Below are positions 17,403 to 52,617 of a stretch of DNA of 64,000 nt, piece by piece. The DNA comes from Chrysomallon squamiferum (taxonomy: Eukaryota > Animalia > Mollusca): positions 8,184,001 to 8,248,000 of the forward strand of contig CM022674.1 in the NCBI GenBank assembly GCA_012295275.1. The letters run 5' to 3'. The position numbers were made by a program, and so were the translations under genes. Under the pieces are notes generated by a model. The model was given only the letters and a program-made list of their open reading frames with translations, was not told where the DNA came from and did not search any database. Within the stretch, counting starts at the first letter, position 1, and every line of letters begins with the position of its first letter.

Positions 17403-17980
17403 GTGTTTGGCGATCTCCTCTAATGAGTGTTACGATTGTTTTGGTTTATTATATATTATATTTTATTTTGTAATTTCCAAAATTATTCTTTTCTTTTCTT
17501 TTAAAATTCACAGATTAATCTAAATACGAATTTCACCCATGAGAATAAATTTACAAGCAGAATCCAGAGCAATAAAACAAATAAATGATTTACTCACTTC
17601 TTTTTCATTTCGTTCTATAAATCGAGTCATTAATGAACACGGCAAGCAGAACACAAGCTATCCTTGGAGACCTGAACTGTCTTTATCACAAAAATTTATC
17701 TTCCTAGAAGTGATCCTTCGTGATTCTAATTATTAGCCTAAATAAACTTTATAATATTTACTGCTATTATTCATTATGATAGCCTAAATAAAAGTATACT
17801 TCCAAATTATTATTTTATAAAAATCGGCCAATCAAATAAGTAAATATGATCTCTATACTTATTAGAGTGTCTAACAAGGTTATGAGCAAATAGCCTTATT
17901 ATTTTTATTAACAAGTGAAAATGTAGTCTATGTCTGGTGTGACGTAAGTCGTACTTTGTCTGTGGGATGATATATATTAT

Positions 17981-18011
<31 letters not shown>

Positions 18012-21000
18012 CACATACTTTTAGTCTGCTTAAACCTACAGTGATTAGTATACTTTAATAAAATATTGTAAGTATATATATATAAACTTACAAATGTTTA
18101 ATTAAAGTGTACTAGTTATGATAGGTTTAAACAGAAAATATATTTAGTATTTTGCCAAATACTGGAACGTAAAATCCTTTTCTTATAACTCTTGAATGAG
18201 GTTGTAAACATCTAAACACATTTCACTATAGTAACTTAAATTAATTCATTAAAAATACAGTCGTTGATCAACCGACTACAATAAAATATGAATAAACGCC
18301 TAAATTACTGTTTTTATGAAGCCTGGTAAGTACTTTCTGCTAACAGACAAAGAATAAACTAGCGGATATCTTCTCTCGTTACTTACAAGGACCATAAACA
18401 CTCCCTAAATCTGTTGTCTAAAACAGTTTAATGTGAGCAGTTAAAAATGAACGTTTCTTCCATATAGCATATTGGTGTACATTATAGTTTGTTTACAGCG
18501 TTTTCGTTTCAAAATATTTATTATTATTATTATTATTATTAATGTCGTATTTGTTCAAGAAGATATACTGACAATTTTGAGCTGTTCTACTGCTGTTCAG
18601 TTCTCCAGTGTTCACGGATCAGGGTAGGGGCTAACAACAGTAAATATTGTCTTGAGAATACGTAAAGTTTGAGACACCAAGAACAGCACTAAATAATCGC
18701 TTTTTCGATATTAATATTAATCTAGGAAGTAACTGAGTCATCTGAACACCTTGACAAACGAAAACAAAATTATAGTCGATAAAAACTCTTTGCTACTCAA
18801 ATATCAGACGTTTGACGACTTAATGCTGGTGTCGTTCACGATTGCGTACTGCAGAACGTTGTCCGGTTTATGATAAGACAAAAGGAAGCTGGTTGTGATT
18901 AACATGTCACAGAGCGAATTCTAGACGCTTCGTTTTGACAGACTTACAGCATACAGATGTCAGTGAATAAAACATCAACTGAAATGAAAAGCATATCAGT
19001 TATCTGTGAATCAAAAATATCAAAGCGTATTTCAGACTACGTCGTTTCCTAATAGTCATCATCATCGTAATCGTCATTATTATTATTATTAATATAACAT
19101 ATAGATGTCACTGTAGAAAACTATAAAAGAGAAAACATGATATTTCTGTTGATGTGTAAATCAGTCCCTGTTATCAAATCGGAAATTAAGTGTCTATCCA
19201 GGATTATTAGCCCAGGTTTAGATCTGGAGTTGTGAATCCAGCTGTTCTTAAATTCACGTCATATCCTAAACTCACCTACTCAGGTTCAACCTATCAATAA
19301 AGAAATATTTCATAAACTGCAACCATTACAACCCTCAAAATAGGTTACAGTGACAGAAAAATAAAAAATAAACTTTGCGTGTATAAATAACAGAACTAGC
19401 ATCGTCGTTTCTGGCACAATACACATTAACACGTAAATCAAAACATAAAATTATTTCTTCAACAACAACATCGCTTTACTAAACAAATCAAAACATTTTA
19501 CACTATCTTTAATCACCAAAATGACGTTATTATGTAACTGAAATCAGACGAAATTATCGTAGTGTTAATGTGAAAAATAACTCATTCGACTGCTAACAGA
19601 AGACTGGCAATACAGCTTTATCAATAAAAAGTAATTAATAACTTACAGCTGTGACTTTTCAAAGTGCGTCTATGACGCATTTTGTAACCTAGGAAGTAAA
19701 TAAATAAATGTGACAGGGAAAAAGAAAAGAGATTTAAGAGATATTAGTTGGTTTATTTTTTTATTATTTTTTTTATTGAGATTCTCTAAAGGACTAGGAT
19801 TTCTCAACATTATTAACTTCACGTCACCAGTTCTATGCATAAATGTTTATTGAATCCTTTTGCAAGGCTTAAATCCAGCTTTCTTAAGACACACACGCAT
19901 GCACGATAATTTTCAAAAAACGTTCTGAATACAGATTTTTCTATTCAGTAGACTGATGAAAATTGCCAGTTATTTGTTAATACCTCTATAAGTCGTGTGT
20001 ACAGGATAACTGTATTGCATTTCTCAACTTTGAAACCTTGAAAATCACTACCATTTAGGCAACACTGGATTTGTAATAAGTATTTCTTTCTATACAGACA
20101 AGTATTGATAAAAATAATTATTCGTGTTTTCAGATATAAATGTTGCCTTTCGTGGAATAGACAGTTTCTAACTTATGCATCATAAAGTTTACGCAACACC
20201 AGTCAAAACCTAATTTACAGTCATTTATTCATTTAATGAGGCCCAGCTGAATGTATTCTCTTTATCGAGTAAAATATGTAACTGATGATTTTAAAAGTGT
20301 TTGCAGTCTTACTGTGTATATATATTCTTCGAAAAGCCAGACACTTTCGACCAGAGATCAGACTTGCAAATCTTCAAAAGTGTATAAACTTGCCTCCCAG
20401 ACGAATTAGAAATAAAAATGTTGATGAAAAAGAGACCACAGTTGACTCACGAAGATCTAGAATATTTAGTGTATACTGACTGTGAGATGACGAATGTAGA
20501 ACACTAGTCTCCCAGACAACAGCCCCTCCATAAATAAAAAGAAAAAATTACAACCACTTTATTAAACCATACATAAAAACTACATATCTTATCAAAATAA
20601 GCATGACAAAGGTTTAATTTTCAGTTTAATGTGTTTGTTTGATCGACATGTAATAACAGTCACAACTAAGATGACGAATGTAGTTTGAAGAGAGAACTTA
20701 CATCAAAGAATACAAGGTGAGAAATGAGATAACGTACTTGTGTACATTCTGGGAATTTCGACGGTTTGAAAACTGAATGTAATTTTCGAAAATAATATCA
20801 TGATTTTGATAATTAGGTGTCAGAGGAAGAATATATTTTCTAAGCTGGAGAGTGTATGCAATAGTTTGTTTTTATTGTTATATAATCTGGTGTTTTTTTC
20901 ACTGGTGGGTTTTTGTCAGACTGTGCAGTTTTCGACTGGGAATTGAGTCAGTCTCCCGGTCATGAAGTCTTACTACCAGTGGTAGCAGTGCCGAAAGCTA

Positions 21001-21014
21001 TGACAATTTAATGA

Positions 21015-21350
21015 AGTTGTAGTAGTTGTTGTTGTTCTTATTATGATGATAGTAGCAGTAGTAATATTAATAGTAATAGCAGAAGTAGTTGTTGTAGTGG
21101 GAGCAGTAATCAGTTAATAGAAGTAAAAATAATAGAAGTAGCAGTAGAAGTAGGAGTAGAAGTAGTAGCGGAAGTAGTAGTAGTAGTATTGATGGTAGTG
21201 TTGGTGGTTATCTGTATTAGTAATGATAGTCGCAGATAGCGTAGCAGTGAGAGAAGTAATCATAGTCGTATTAATAGTTTAGCAGTAAACGTAGCAGAAC
21301 AGAAACAGTAGTAGTAGTTGTTACAGTTAAATTAGAGTAGCAACAATAGC
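21015..21350. repeat. Degenerate (GTA/GCA)n tract
   Basis: Seen directly. Confidence 0.8.
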
Positions 21351-22277
21351 AATCACTGTAATAGTTTTTGTTGTGATGTCGTAACAGTAATTATAGATGA
21401 CATATTGCTGGACTTCAAATCTTCGTGACTAATTTCTTCTAGAAATATGTGTATCAACCAAAGCACTACTATTGCCCTAAAGGAATAAATAACTACTCGT
21501 GCTGCTGTCAGTTCTAATTTCAGTTGTAAAATATTTATCAACCGAAGAACTCTTTTGTCCTAAAGGTATAAACACTACTTTTATTATTGTCATTCCTTAA
21601 TCTGACTCTGTGAAGAAGAAGAAAAAATAATAATCTGACTTTTCCACACTTAAAAGTAGCGAATTACAACAACTGAAGATGGGTTTTTTCGAGTGCTGTG
21701 CTGAATAAAATCTAATTATGGGATTTCTGATGTCACCCGTCGGATAAAAGTGTGGAGAGAGAAAATTGTCCCCAGCTTTACGTGGTGGAAATAAAGTGCT
21801 GCCGATGCAAGGATATCTCAGTAATAACTTGTCTTCAGATTATACCACAGGCGCTACACAATCCAGATGCATAGGAAAGGTGTAAAGATGAAACCATAAA
21901 TTATTACAGTTTCTCATTTTTGCCAATGTTCCGTGAACAATTTCCCCTGACATTATCTCCTGTCAGACTCAAAATTGATTATCGGTTGTTATGATTATTA
22001 CTGGAATATCTTTTCCTAATGAGACAGTTTTTAGCTGAACGAGGTGAACTTGAAATGCATACATGAATAGCGACAGTTAATGCTGTTGCTGCTGATTTAT
22101 TTAGTTTTTCCTTCTTCCGCTTCTCATTATTACCAATCATCGTAGTTATTGTTGTTGTTGGTGCTGTTGTTATTGTTCTTATTATTATTCTGTGTTTATA
22201 TTTTCGCTTATCGGAAGAATGTGTTTTTATAAAACGTTATTGTTGTTGATGTTGTTATTATCATCATCATCATCATC

Positions 22278-22312
<35 letters not shown>

Positions 22313-22888
22313 TTGTGTTTTTGTTTATTTTAGAATTCCCTGAAGCGAAGTTTCTCAGTTATTGAAACTATATCGTGAAGTGGACAAATTAAACTTTTAT
22401 TTTTTTGACATTACAAATGTTTTATCTTTGAGGAATCCTGATCTTTTCCCAGATACTGGATCCGTCCCAGAAGTAAATTCTTACATTACTCTGTAATCTA
22501 CCTTTATTTTACACACCTCAGCATATTCTTCATGCCTTAAATGGCTTTTTCCTTTGTTTGAAACTGCTCCTCCGAAAGCAGTTAACTTCCAGTACCACCC
22601 CTCTGAACACGTGTAAATGTCACTGATGTCTCTTTTTTCTGAAGCTTTTAAACGTTCCTGGATCGATCTCGCTGGTTTGCAGTTTGGTTTAAAGATATTT
22701 TATGTCAGTTTTACTAATGTGTGATGCTGGTCTACGCTTATAATCAACAACAAACAACAACAACAATACCAAAAACAACATCAGCAATAATAACAGTGAT
22801 AATAATAATGATGTTGTTAGTAATAATGATAATGATGATGATGATGATGATGGTGATCATAGTAATAAAGTATTAAGTTCAATTTTTA

Positions 22889-22889
<1 letters not shown>

Positions 22890-22960
<71 letters not shown>

Positions 22961-22989
22961 ATTTATAGTTATTGTTATTGTTATTGTTA

Positions 22990-23021
<32 letters not shown>
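22890..23021. repeat. (ATT)n/(GTT)n compound microsatellite
   Basis: Seen directly. Confidence 0.93.
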
Positions 23022-25009
23022 TTTTTTGTATTTGTGCCAGTAGAAATTTTGCTAATTTTAAAAAAATTATTAAACAGTTCGTTATTTGTAATTTGATATT
23101 AAAAACAGAATCCAGTGTTTTACAATTTACATAATTCTGTTTTATTTTCCTTTTTATTATTATTATTTTTTTTTTTTTATGCATAATACATTACTACTAA
23201 CATCATTTCTAATTTAGCAACAATTATTTATAACTTTTACAAATATCTGCCTCCCTTATTTACTATTTGTTGATTACTTTTTAATTTAATTCATTATTAT
23301 TTATTTTTCATTTTACATACATATATTTTATTTTATGGTACGCCCAGTCGTCTAGTTAATCATTTTCATAGTGCTTTGGGAAAATCCACACTAACGAGTT
23401 TTATCTCATAACACAGAAAATGGAATTAATTGTACATTCAACAAGGTGAAACAGACAAGAAAAAAAAAAAAAAAAAAAAAAAAATCGAAGCCAAAAATAA
23501 ATACACTTGTAAATGTGTGTAAAACTCTTCACCATCTTCCCACGGGCGACAGCAGAAAGCTGAGAATTCTGGGAAATCGTGCAAGTGCGGGTTTAACTTT
23601 GTAATCATCCTTCTAACACAAATCCTGGATAAGATGAAACACGCGGGAAAGTCACAAGCTCAAAACACTGGTTACTGAGGTTAAATACAAGGAAGAAATA
23701 TTTATAACAAAAGTTTCTAAATCATATTTCACAGTTATAAAGAAACAAACAAAAAAAAGTTTTAATAATTAAAAAAATATAAATAACTAAATAAATAAGT
23801 AAATAAAAACCTCTACAACAATTAAAATAAAGCTATTATAAAAAGGAAAAAGAAAATACCTCATAATTAGACTATAAATAAATAAACAAACAAAGACATA
23901 CACACACAGACACACAGACACACAACTGTACATCGACTGTGCACTCTTCAGACCCGACAGTTAATGCGAGAGATGAAAATTTAAGAAGCTCTGTCTTTTC
24001 TTTTTCACGCGAGGTGAGCGCGTTAAAATCTTGTAATCAAAAAAACAACAAAAAAAAACAACAAAACAGTGCTAATATATTCTCTTTTTTTTTTCCTTTC
24101 AGTTAAACTAATTTCGTAATGGTGGCGCTTATTCTGTGAGTGAAAACATGCATCTTTTTTTAAATATCGTGTTCTTCCTCCGTAGTTACGAAAAAACGAA
24201 TATATTTACGATTAAGCGTAAGTCGACGCTATAACAACAGCTGTAATGTATCACAGACTTAAAGAGCGAATCTTGCGGAATAACGATAAATGTACAGTGT
24301 CATAAAGGACGAGACTTATCTAGCTAATTGATTTACTTCCTATTATCTTCTCCTTTTGTTTCTCCCTGGCGTGCGAGACGACAGTCACTTAGCTCAGTTT
24401 CAGTCTCAAATAACCACGTGTCGCACTAACACATATGTCTTTGATGTGCGCGGGGCAAAGTCCTATTGATTTGTTGTCACCGGGTCATCGCTCTCGATTT
24501 ATGCAAACCAATATCTGACAGCCAACCGGTATTACAGATTTATGGATTAACGCATTTTTGACAGTTACTTTAACAAGAAATGATGTAAATTATTTTCACA
24601 ATTTCTTCCACGTTTCCAGTTTGCAGTGAAACGACGGACTGACTTGTGTTGTTGTATTTCTGGAACGTGTAATGACTCCAGTTTAAAGCTGTCAGTGTAC
24701 GTCACAGTAAAACATTCATGAAGACTACTTAGTGAAGTGGGGCTGCATTCCAGATTTATCGGTTTGAGCAGGCAAATTACCAATTTATGACTACAAAAAT
24801 AAAGACAACGATCAAATGTAAGCGTTTTATTCAGAGTTTAGGATTCTAGGTAAATTAACGTAAATTATCTGTGTCAGTGTGATTAGGTAGTCGTTTAGAG
24901 ATTGCAGAATGAGGAAAATGGACATGGATGACTCAAAACCTAATTCCGTCCAATATTACGTCACAAAATAGCTGAATGTGTCACTATATATGAATCCCTT
25001 CAGCATTGG

Positions 25010-25070
<61 letters not shown>

Positions 25071-25079
25071 AGCATTGGC

Positions 25080-25111
<32 letters not shown>

Positions 25112-26714
25112 ATATATATGTAACAGTATAAAACATATAACAACAGCAACAACAAAAACATAGTTATTCTGGCATCTTCTTTTAAAACTTCGTAAATCTG
25201 GGCAAAGTTCGACACGACTCCTCATCAAAAAACCCTCAAGAAAAAAACACAAAAACAGTGTTGAAACCAGCATGCTTATGTTAAAACCAGTGTTAGCATT
25301 ACCTTTATTTACAGCGAGATAAGCAGAATCCACTGGCGTATTTCAATCATCTTGTGTGGTGTGTAGCTTCTTCTTATGGGGTCTTTAGAGACGTAAATAT
25401 ATACATAACAGACGCAAAGGTGATTATTAACACAATTTGTGGAAGAGAAGAAATATCTGTCTGTTTGGGCAAACGATTTCGGCGGATGAAGTTAGACATG
25501 AATCACATCTGTTTGGAATCAATTGCTCATAACATAAACATGAGTTCATAAACTGCGACAGAATGCTGAAGACTGGCGGTCAGTGAGGTAATTAGTGTGA
25601 GACAAGTAATGCACGTGGCCTGAGCAACAAGGGGACGCCACTGAGCACTTTATATTTTTGAGCTGATTTTATGGTAAAATTATTTGAAAGATGGGTGTCA
25701 GTATTTTTGGACGGGGCCCAATCTGAGTGCTTGCCACAGACTCTATTTTCCGTAGATACGCCCCCGATCATGTGTGCCATCATCCAGTGTCATTTAGTTG
25801 CATCGAAACAGACCAGACGTATAAACTAATGCTTTCACATTACCGACCAAAATTCTCCAGACAAAAGCCTTTATTTCGTTTCAGCAACTTAAGTCGTCAA
25901 TCAAAACGTGGAAAGAGTTTAACAGCATCACTTGCCTGGTGTCAGCTATCAAATCGCCTGGGTTTTCGCTTAACCGATAAAAACATCAACGTATATAAAA
26001 AATAAGAAGCAATTATTGAATTAGCGGCAATGCTAGTTGTCTGGTGTTAGTCTGTGATAATTGTAACAGCTTCCCCGCGATTCCCGAGTCGCCACAGCAG
26101 TTGTAAAGACTGAAACGCGAACCGTATCCCGACTTAGATTTATATCTGAGACGGACATAAACACATCTCAATAATAAATTATCTGGGGACTATCACATTA
26201 CACAGTCAGTGATGCAACATATCTGGAGCATTATTAAAAGTTGTGTAGTCTATAAATTAGAACGGGTTTGATGCGGCACGGAATAAGTGAGCGATTTACA
26301 AAAGAATGTAATTATTGGGATTTTTTTTCTTTTACTTTGTTTTGTGTGAATCGTTCCATACATTAAAGATGATTCGTAATATATGTATGTATGTATATAT
26401 GTATGTTTGTATAATTTCACACACTTTTCATGAACTGTATACGCTAAAGATACAGAAAAAGTTAATATATGTGCATAACACAGTTCAGATGAATCATTTG
26501 GGAGTTTTACTGACAATTTCAGTACATTATCACACATAAATTAACACATCATTTCACATCTGCATAACTGTGTCACGAGGATAAATAAATCAGTTACTCA
26601 TCTTTGTTCAAATATTACAAACACAATTTTTATTTTTATTTTCCCCTCCCCGCTCCCGTATCAAAAACTGACTTTGTAACAAGCAGATCAGCAGTTTTAG
26701 CTATTTGGTTAGTG

Positions 26715-27634
26715 CAGGTTCTCAAAGGGCGTGCCCGGAGACATGCTTAGGTGTGCCCCACGATCTAGGTAGATATTTGTGATGATAAAAAACTGATTTA
26801 AAGTACATTACATCCACACTGCAGCATTAACATGTTCTTTACGGCAGATCGTATTTGGCTGAGATATTTCAGCACATCAATATTTTGAATACTTGCATGC
26901 AAGGAAATGAAGAAAATATTTTGACGTCTATTGATAAAATGAAAGCATTTCAGAAAAAAACTACTTATCTGGAATAGAAGAGCTTCTGAACGTAATTTCG
27001 AAATGTTTCATTTGACAATTAAAACTTGCATAAATGATATCTTTCCCTTAATACTTGAATATCTGACAAATTTGGAAGATATATTAAATTATTATTAATA
27101 TTAAATTCGAAATCCATTCATAGAAATTTCAGATGATGCTAGTTTAACATTAACCGAAGAAGAAGAGCTAGCAGTTGTATCCACCGATGGTGTATTGAAG
27201 ATTAAATATAAGGAATATAGTCTTGAAATGTTTTGGATTTCAATCAGAGAAGAAACCCAGTCAATATCCAAAAAAAAGCTTTAGCCATTTTACTTCAATT
27301 TTCAACAGATGAATATTTATGCGAATTAGGATGTTCCTCTCTCACCAACATCAAGTGCGAAAAAAGAACAAATCTTCAGTCTATTGACGAGGAAATGAGA
27401 GATTGCTTATCATACATACACCCCAACATTGAAGAAATTGCCAAGACACGTCAGGCTCATACTTCTCATCAGCACAAAATAGATAACGAATAAAGGTGTA
27501 AACCCTTCTTTCAGTTATTTTTGTATTTTTTTACATTTTGCATTTATATTTCTTAGCATTTTGTGTGTAGTGTGCCCGCAAATTTGTGTAAGGTTTCAAG
27601 TATGCCCTGACTTCAGAAAGTTTGAGAACCACTG
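26715..27634 (+). mobile_element. Internally deleted hAT DNA transposon, Buster/Charlie type, with decayed transposase C-terminus
   Basis: TIRs CAG--GTTCTCAAA / TTTGAGAACCACTG; 8-bp TSD GGTTAGTG (26707-26714) / GGTTATTG (27635-27642); frameshifted peptides YLAEIFQHINILNTCMQG...DKMKAFQKK and ALAILLQFSTDEYLCELGCSSL...QAHTSH (hAT dimerisation region). Confidence 0.9.
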
Positions 27635-27843
27635 GGTTATTGTCTTTGTGCTTCTTATACTTCTAATTTCGTGTTCTCCCATAAAGTTATTTGTTTATAA
27701 TGAGCAACATTTGGCTACAGCGATCCAGCATTGTGTGGTCCTTTCTTCCAGTGAAGTGTTTTCTTTATAAAATTCAATTTATACAGATAAATAAAAACAA
27801 GCATGAATGAGTACAATAATAGCGGTAGAAGCAACAGCATCAA

Positions 27844-27848
27844 TAGTA

Positions 27849-27924
<76 letters not shown>

Positions 27925-28053
27925 AGTAACAACAACAACAACAACAATAATGATAACAATTAGTAATAGTAGTAGTAGTTGAGGCGGTAATAATATAAGT
28001 AGTAGTAGTAGTAGTAGTAGTGGTAGTAGCAGTAGTAGTAGTAGTAGTGGTAG
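27844..28053. repeat. (TAG)n compound microsatellite
   Basis: Seen directly. Confidence 0.93.
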
Positions 28054-30243
28054 TGTGTGTGTCACTGTTAATGACATGCTGTGTTGCTTGTAATGTAATT
28101 ATTTGCTTACAAGACAAAACATAAAAAGTACAAATTTAATGACTTCATTAGTTACTCTTCTGTCCCTAGAATGTACACTTTAGCTAATGGAAGACATGTC
28201 CTGGCTAATGAATGATGACATGAATGGTTGTAGAAAATCAAAACAAGTGATAAAAAGACTGAAATGTGCAGTCAGGATTTCTCTGTATGAAAGCCAATGT
28301 AACTCAAGTTCAACTTAATATCTTTAAAAAAATCAATCAGTGAAATGGTGTGACAAAATTTTAAATCTAAAATTTATAAAAGAAATGAAATTTGTTTGTG
28401 CTTTCTAGATGTCCTTATGAAAGTATAGAAAAAACAACGTGACACATATTTAGAGTTGTGTGCTGTTACGGCCTCGTTTCCTCACCTATCAGAGTGGTTT
28501 AGATGTACGAGTCATGGTTAATTAAACAAAGCCGTGAAACTGGCGACTCACTGCGATCGTAGAATTGAAAAGTGTGCATTTAAAGGTCACCTTTGGTCTC
28601 GATTAGAAGAGTTAGAGAATTGATTGGTGAAAAGGGGCTGAAATGAACACTTATTGCCAAACACAGCTGACTCCAGTAACAATAAATTTAAAAGGAAAAA
28701 GTGAACAGGTTGATTGCTAAATCTGCAAACTAAACGAAGGCGAAACCTTGTAAACTGATATATGAACTGTTCTGTGTTGTATATTTGTGTGTATGTTTAT
28801 TTGTATGTGTATATGTGTGTGTGTGTGTGTGTGTTTGGGTGTGTATGTGTGTGCCATTGCTTCATAAAATAATTGTAAAAATAATATAAAAACAGTTTTT
28901 TATGTTGAATTTAGAAGATAATGGAACATTTCGTTTTCCAAGTTAAAAATCTGGAAAATTCTATGTATTTCAGGATGTACAATATAACGTTGAACAGTTT
29001 CAGATAATAAATATCAAATCTAGTTATCATAACATATCGAAATAAAAAAAAAAACCAATGTTTTTTTTCTTTTTCTGGTTTGTTTGCTGGCTTTTTGTTT
29101 TCTGCTTTTCTTTTTCAAAATGGCATCTGCATCAGAGTCGATAGAAATCTTTGACTATCAAATGATTTTAACCACTGGAACTGTAGTTGTGAATAAAGCA
29201 GAACATGGTTGTGAATAAAACAGAACATGGTTGTGAATAAAACAGAAAATGGTTGTATATCACTAAATATTCCGAAGTACCTCTATTTTTAATTCGCTAG
29301 TTAACCTATTTTTTTCTGACTTTTAAACGCTTGATTTAGTTCCTTGTTTCAAGTCCTATCAGAATAAAAACGGTTTGAATGGAAAATTAGAAGTCTTATT
29401 TTTGTGTTTATTGGACGAGTGTTACGTTGTATTGTGAGGAAAGAGGTTAATCTCAGCTAGAAGAGCATTGGGTTAATGGCTACCTCGTTATGTTTCTCCG
29501 AACGAGTTTCACGAGCGTCGTTCATTCTCTACTTTTTGCTGTCACGAGGTTAACTCTGCGATCTTTCTTCACACACAGCCTCGACCAAACAAAAGTTGGA
29601 CAGTTTAGCTTTATTTGTCCATCCAACATGAACATTTCTGACACCCAAAAGTGGTAGAGAATCTTGATGCAAAAACATTGTAAGGTCTCTTGACAATTTC
29701 TGAACATCATCGAAAAGCGAAATATCCGTTCTTTAAATTAAAAAAAAAAACAAGGCTGTAGAACTGAAGTTTGAAGTACTCTACCCGAGAGAGACGTCAC
29801 AGATCGTGTTTTCTACTCGGTAAGTCACTGAAACCAAGTTAGCGACTGACCAAGCCGAGTCTTAGCAAGCGCAACTTAAATTCTGTTGAATGTTTTTGTT
29901 TGTGAGGAAATTATCTTTTCATAAAATTACAATTTAAAGTGCTTAAAATATTGGTTGAAATGATATCAGAACCGATTTGTATAAATTATTTGTGCTTCCA
30001 CCCAAATTACTGAGGCATAATATTAGTTACTGTTTTAGGGTTTTTTTGTTTTCTTTCGGCCTTCAGCACGAAATCTCAGAAGTTTTGACATTTGTTTGAT
30101 AAAATCCACTCCCACGTTCAAACATCTCAACAAGTCATCTTTGTTATTATATTATACCTTTAGTAGCTTTACCAGCAGTAACACTGCACCTTGATGCAGA
30201 AGTAAATTGAACCATCTAAAATATAACATTTCAGATTTTCTAA

Positions 30244-30249
30244 TTTATT
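30244..30249 (-). terminator. Candidate GART polyadenylation signal AATAAA
   Basis: TTTATT on + strand about 600 nt past the stop; other candidates at 30348-30353 and 30805-30810, cannot choose between them. Confidence 0.3.
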
Positions 30250-30855
30250 ACTTATAAATGCATTTCATCATCTAGATCTTTTCACTCTGATTACTTTGGA
30301 ATAAAAAACATTTTTCTAGTACAAGTGAAGTTTTGAATTTTTAAGATTTTATTTTTATCGAGTGCAAATGAAAGATTTTACTAACATTGGCTTCACGTAT
30401 CAATGTAAATAAACTTTACAGACGAATGAAAGAAATTAGACTGGAGTTTTGCAACACAAAGTTTCATGTGACATTTTATGACATGTTATGAAATAAGCTT
30501 TGACAATCTCGCTTCAGAATACGTTCTTAAAAACCATGATTTTATAAAAATGTCAATTGTGTGCAAACAACACCAAAAAATTAAATTTTAATAAATTCAT
30601 GACTTTGGAACTATTTGACTTACAACTTTCAGCGTTTTTTTTATCACTGAAACCCGGATAAAAAGATCTACAATTATAGTTAGGAAAGAACCAAAAATCA
30701 GTTTTGAGTACATAATATCTATAATTAAAACACACTTTAATAATGTAATCAGATTTTGGTTTGACGAAGGAAAAACACAAAAACCTAGAGAATTATATAT
30801 ATTTTTTATTATAAATGTATATAATGTATATGAGATAAAAGATGGTAAAAGTGAT

Positions 30856-51035
<20,180 letters not shown>

Positions 51036-51646
51036 TCAGCTGTCACATGTCAACAGTGCTAACAATAAAATTTTAAAAATCCTAAATGAAAAGATGATTA
51101 TAAAAAAGAATATTTAAATTTAAGTTTAAGGAGTAATTGTTGAGATATGTCAGTGTGCTTGCTAATCACTGGCAGGGCTGGTCATTGTAAAATGCTGCAA
51201 AAAGCATTAAAAGCATTAAAAACAATGTTTCTGACATGTCAGAATTTCTCATTTTTTAAACAATTTTATCTTTAAATGAAAAACTGTTGTTAATATGGTG
51301 TAAAAATACAAATAAGGTTTTTAATGAAATAACATATTTACATGTGGTTTTTAGATCAAAATATAAAATTGTTTAATAATTCATTATATAAGAGAAAACC
51401 TGCTACCACTATACTTTACTGATAATAAAGTTTTATCTTTTGAGAAAGATAATGGAATGTTTGAATACAGAACTTACTATGATGAAACAAGATATTGTTG
51501 ATAAATGAACTTAATATTTCTAGTGAAATTAAAAGGAATCAAGAGTAGAAAAAAAAGTGTTTATTTTCTATGCAGTTGATGAGATTGTAAAAACAGCCAA
51601 ACACAGAATACATTGTAAACAGGTGAATTATTAAATCTGTCTATCT

Positions 51647-51706
<60 letters not shown>

Positions 51707-52617
51707 CACACACACACACACATATATATATATGATATTTCTGACCTATTGTCTTTAGACATATGCCAAATTGCTGAATCTAGTTTTAAAGATAACAATA
51801 AATTTCCTGTTTATTTATTTATCAATTTATAAATGCACCCCAAAGACCAGTGCATAGATTATATATGACTTTCTGAACTTGGCAAATAAATTCTTGTTGA
51901 AATATTACTTGTTTGAGTTGTGTGAGTAATGTTTAGACTCTAGGGAAGTGATTAAGTGTGTCTACTACTTGCTGTACTAGTTAGCTGAACTGTTAGTATT
52001 ATCTGGGTCTCTGATAGAAATGATTTTTAAGAACTAAGGCTATATTAAAGTTTGTGAGTCTGGTGTTGGAAAGGAGTGGCACTGACAATCCAAGTTAGAA
52101 AATTAGGTTTTTTTCAGTTAAAAACAAATTCTTTTGAGTTTTTTCCAGTGAGAAATATTTCAGGTGTGGTTTTGTCTGATTAATGGATGACTTTTGTCCA
52201 ATAAATGGAGTGGAATTTTGTCTGGATCAGTGCCAGTTAGTTTAGTTTCATTAAGTGATGTACCTGATCAATTTGATGATGTTATACCCATTTACATACA
52301 CATAGAGTTGATGTCTGTAATCGTATTTATCATTATTTATAATGAGTAATTTCTTCTCTTTTAATTTTACACATGAAATTTACAAAAATGTATAGTTCGT
52401 CAACTTCGGTTATGTTGTTGTTGCTAAAACATAAAATAGAATCTGATTCTAAAGTTCAGTCACACGAACACCCACAGTGCATCATTGAATGTTCATCATA
52501 TTCATGACTGTATGATCCAGTATAGTGAATATGAGGAACACGTATTTTAACTAATATTTGAATAAACTACTCAATCGAGTAGTTGTGTAAACGAACAGTC
52601 GCAGAGACGATACTTAC

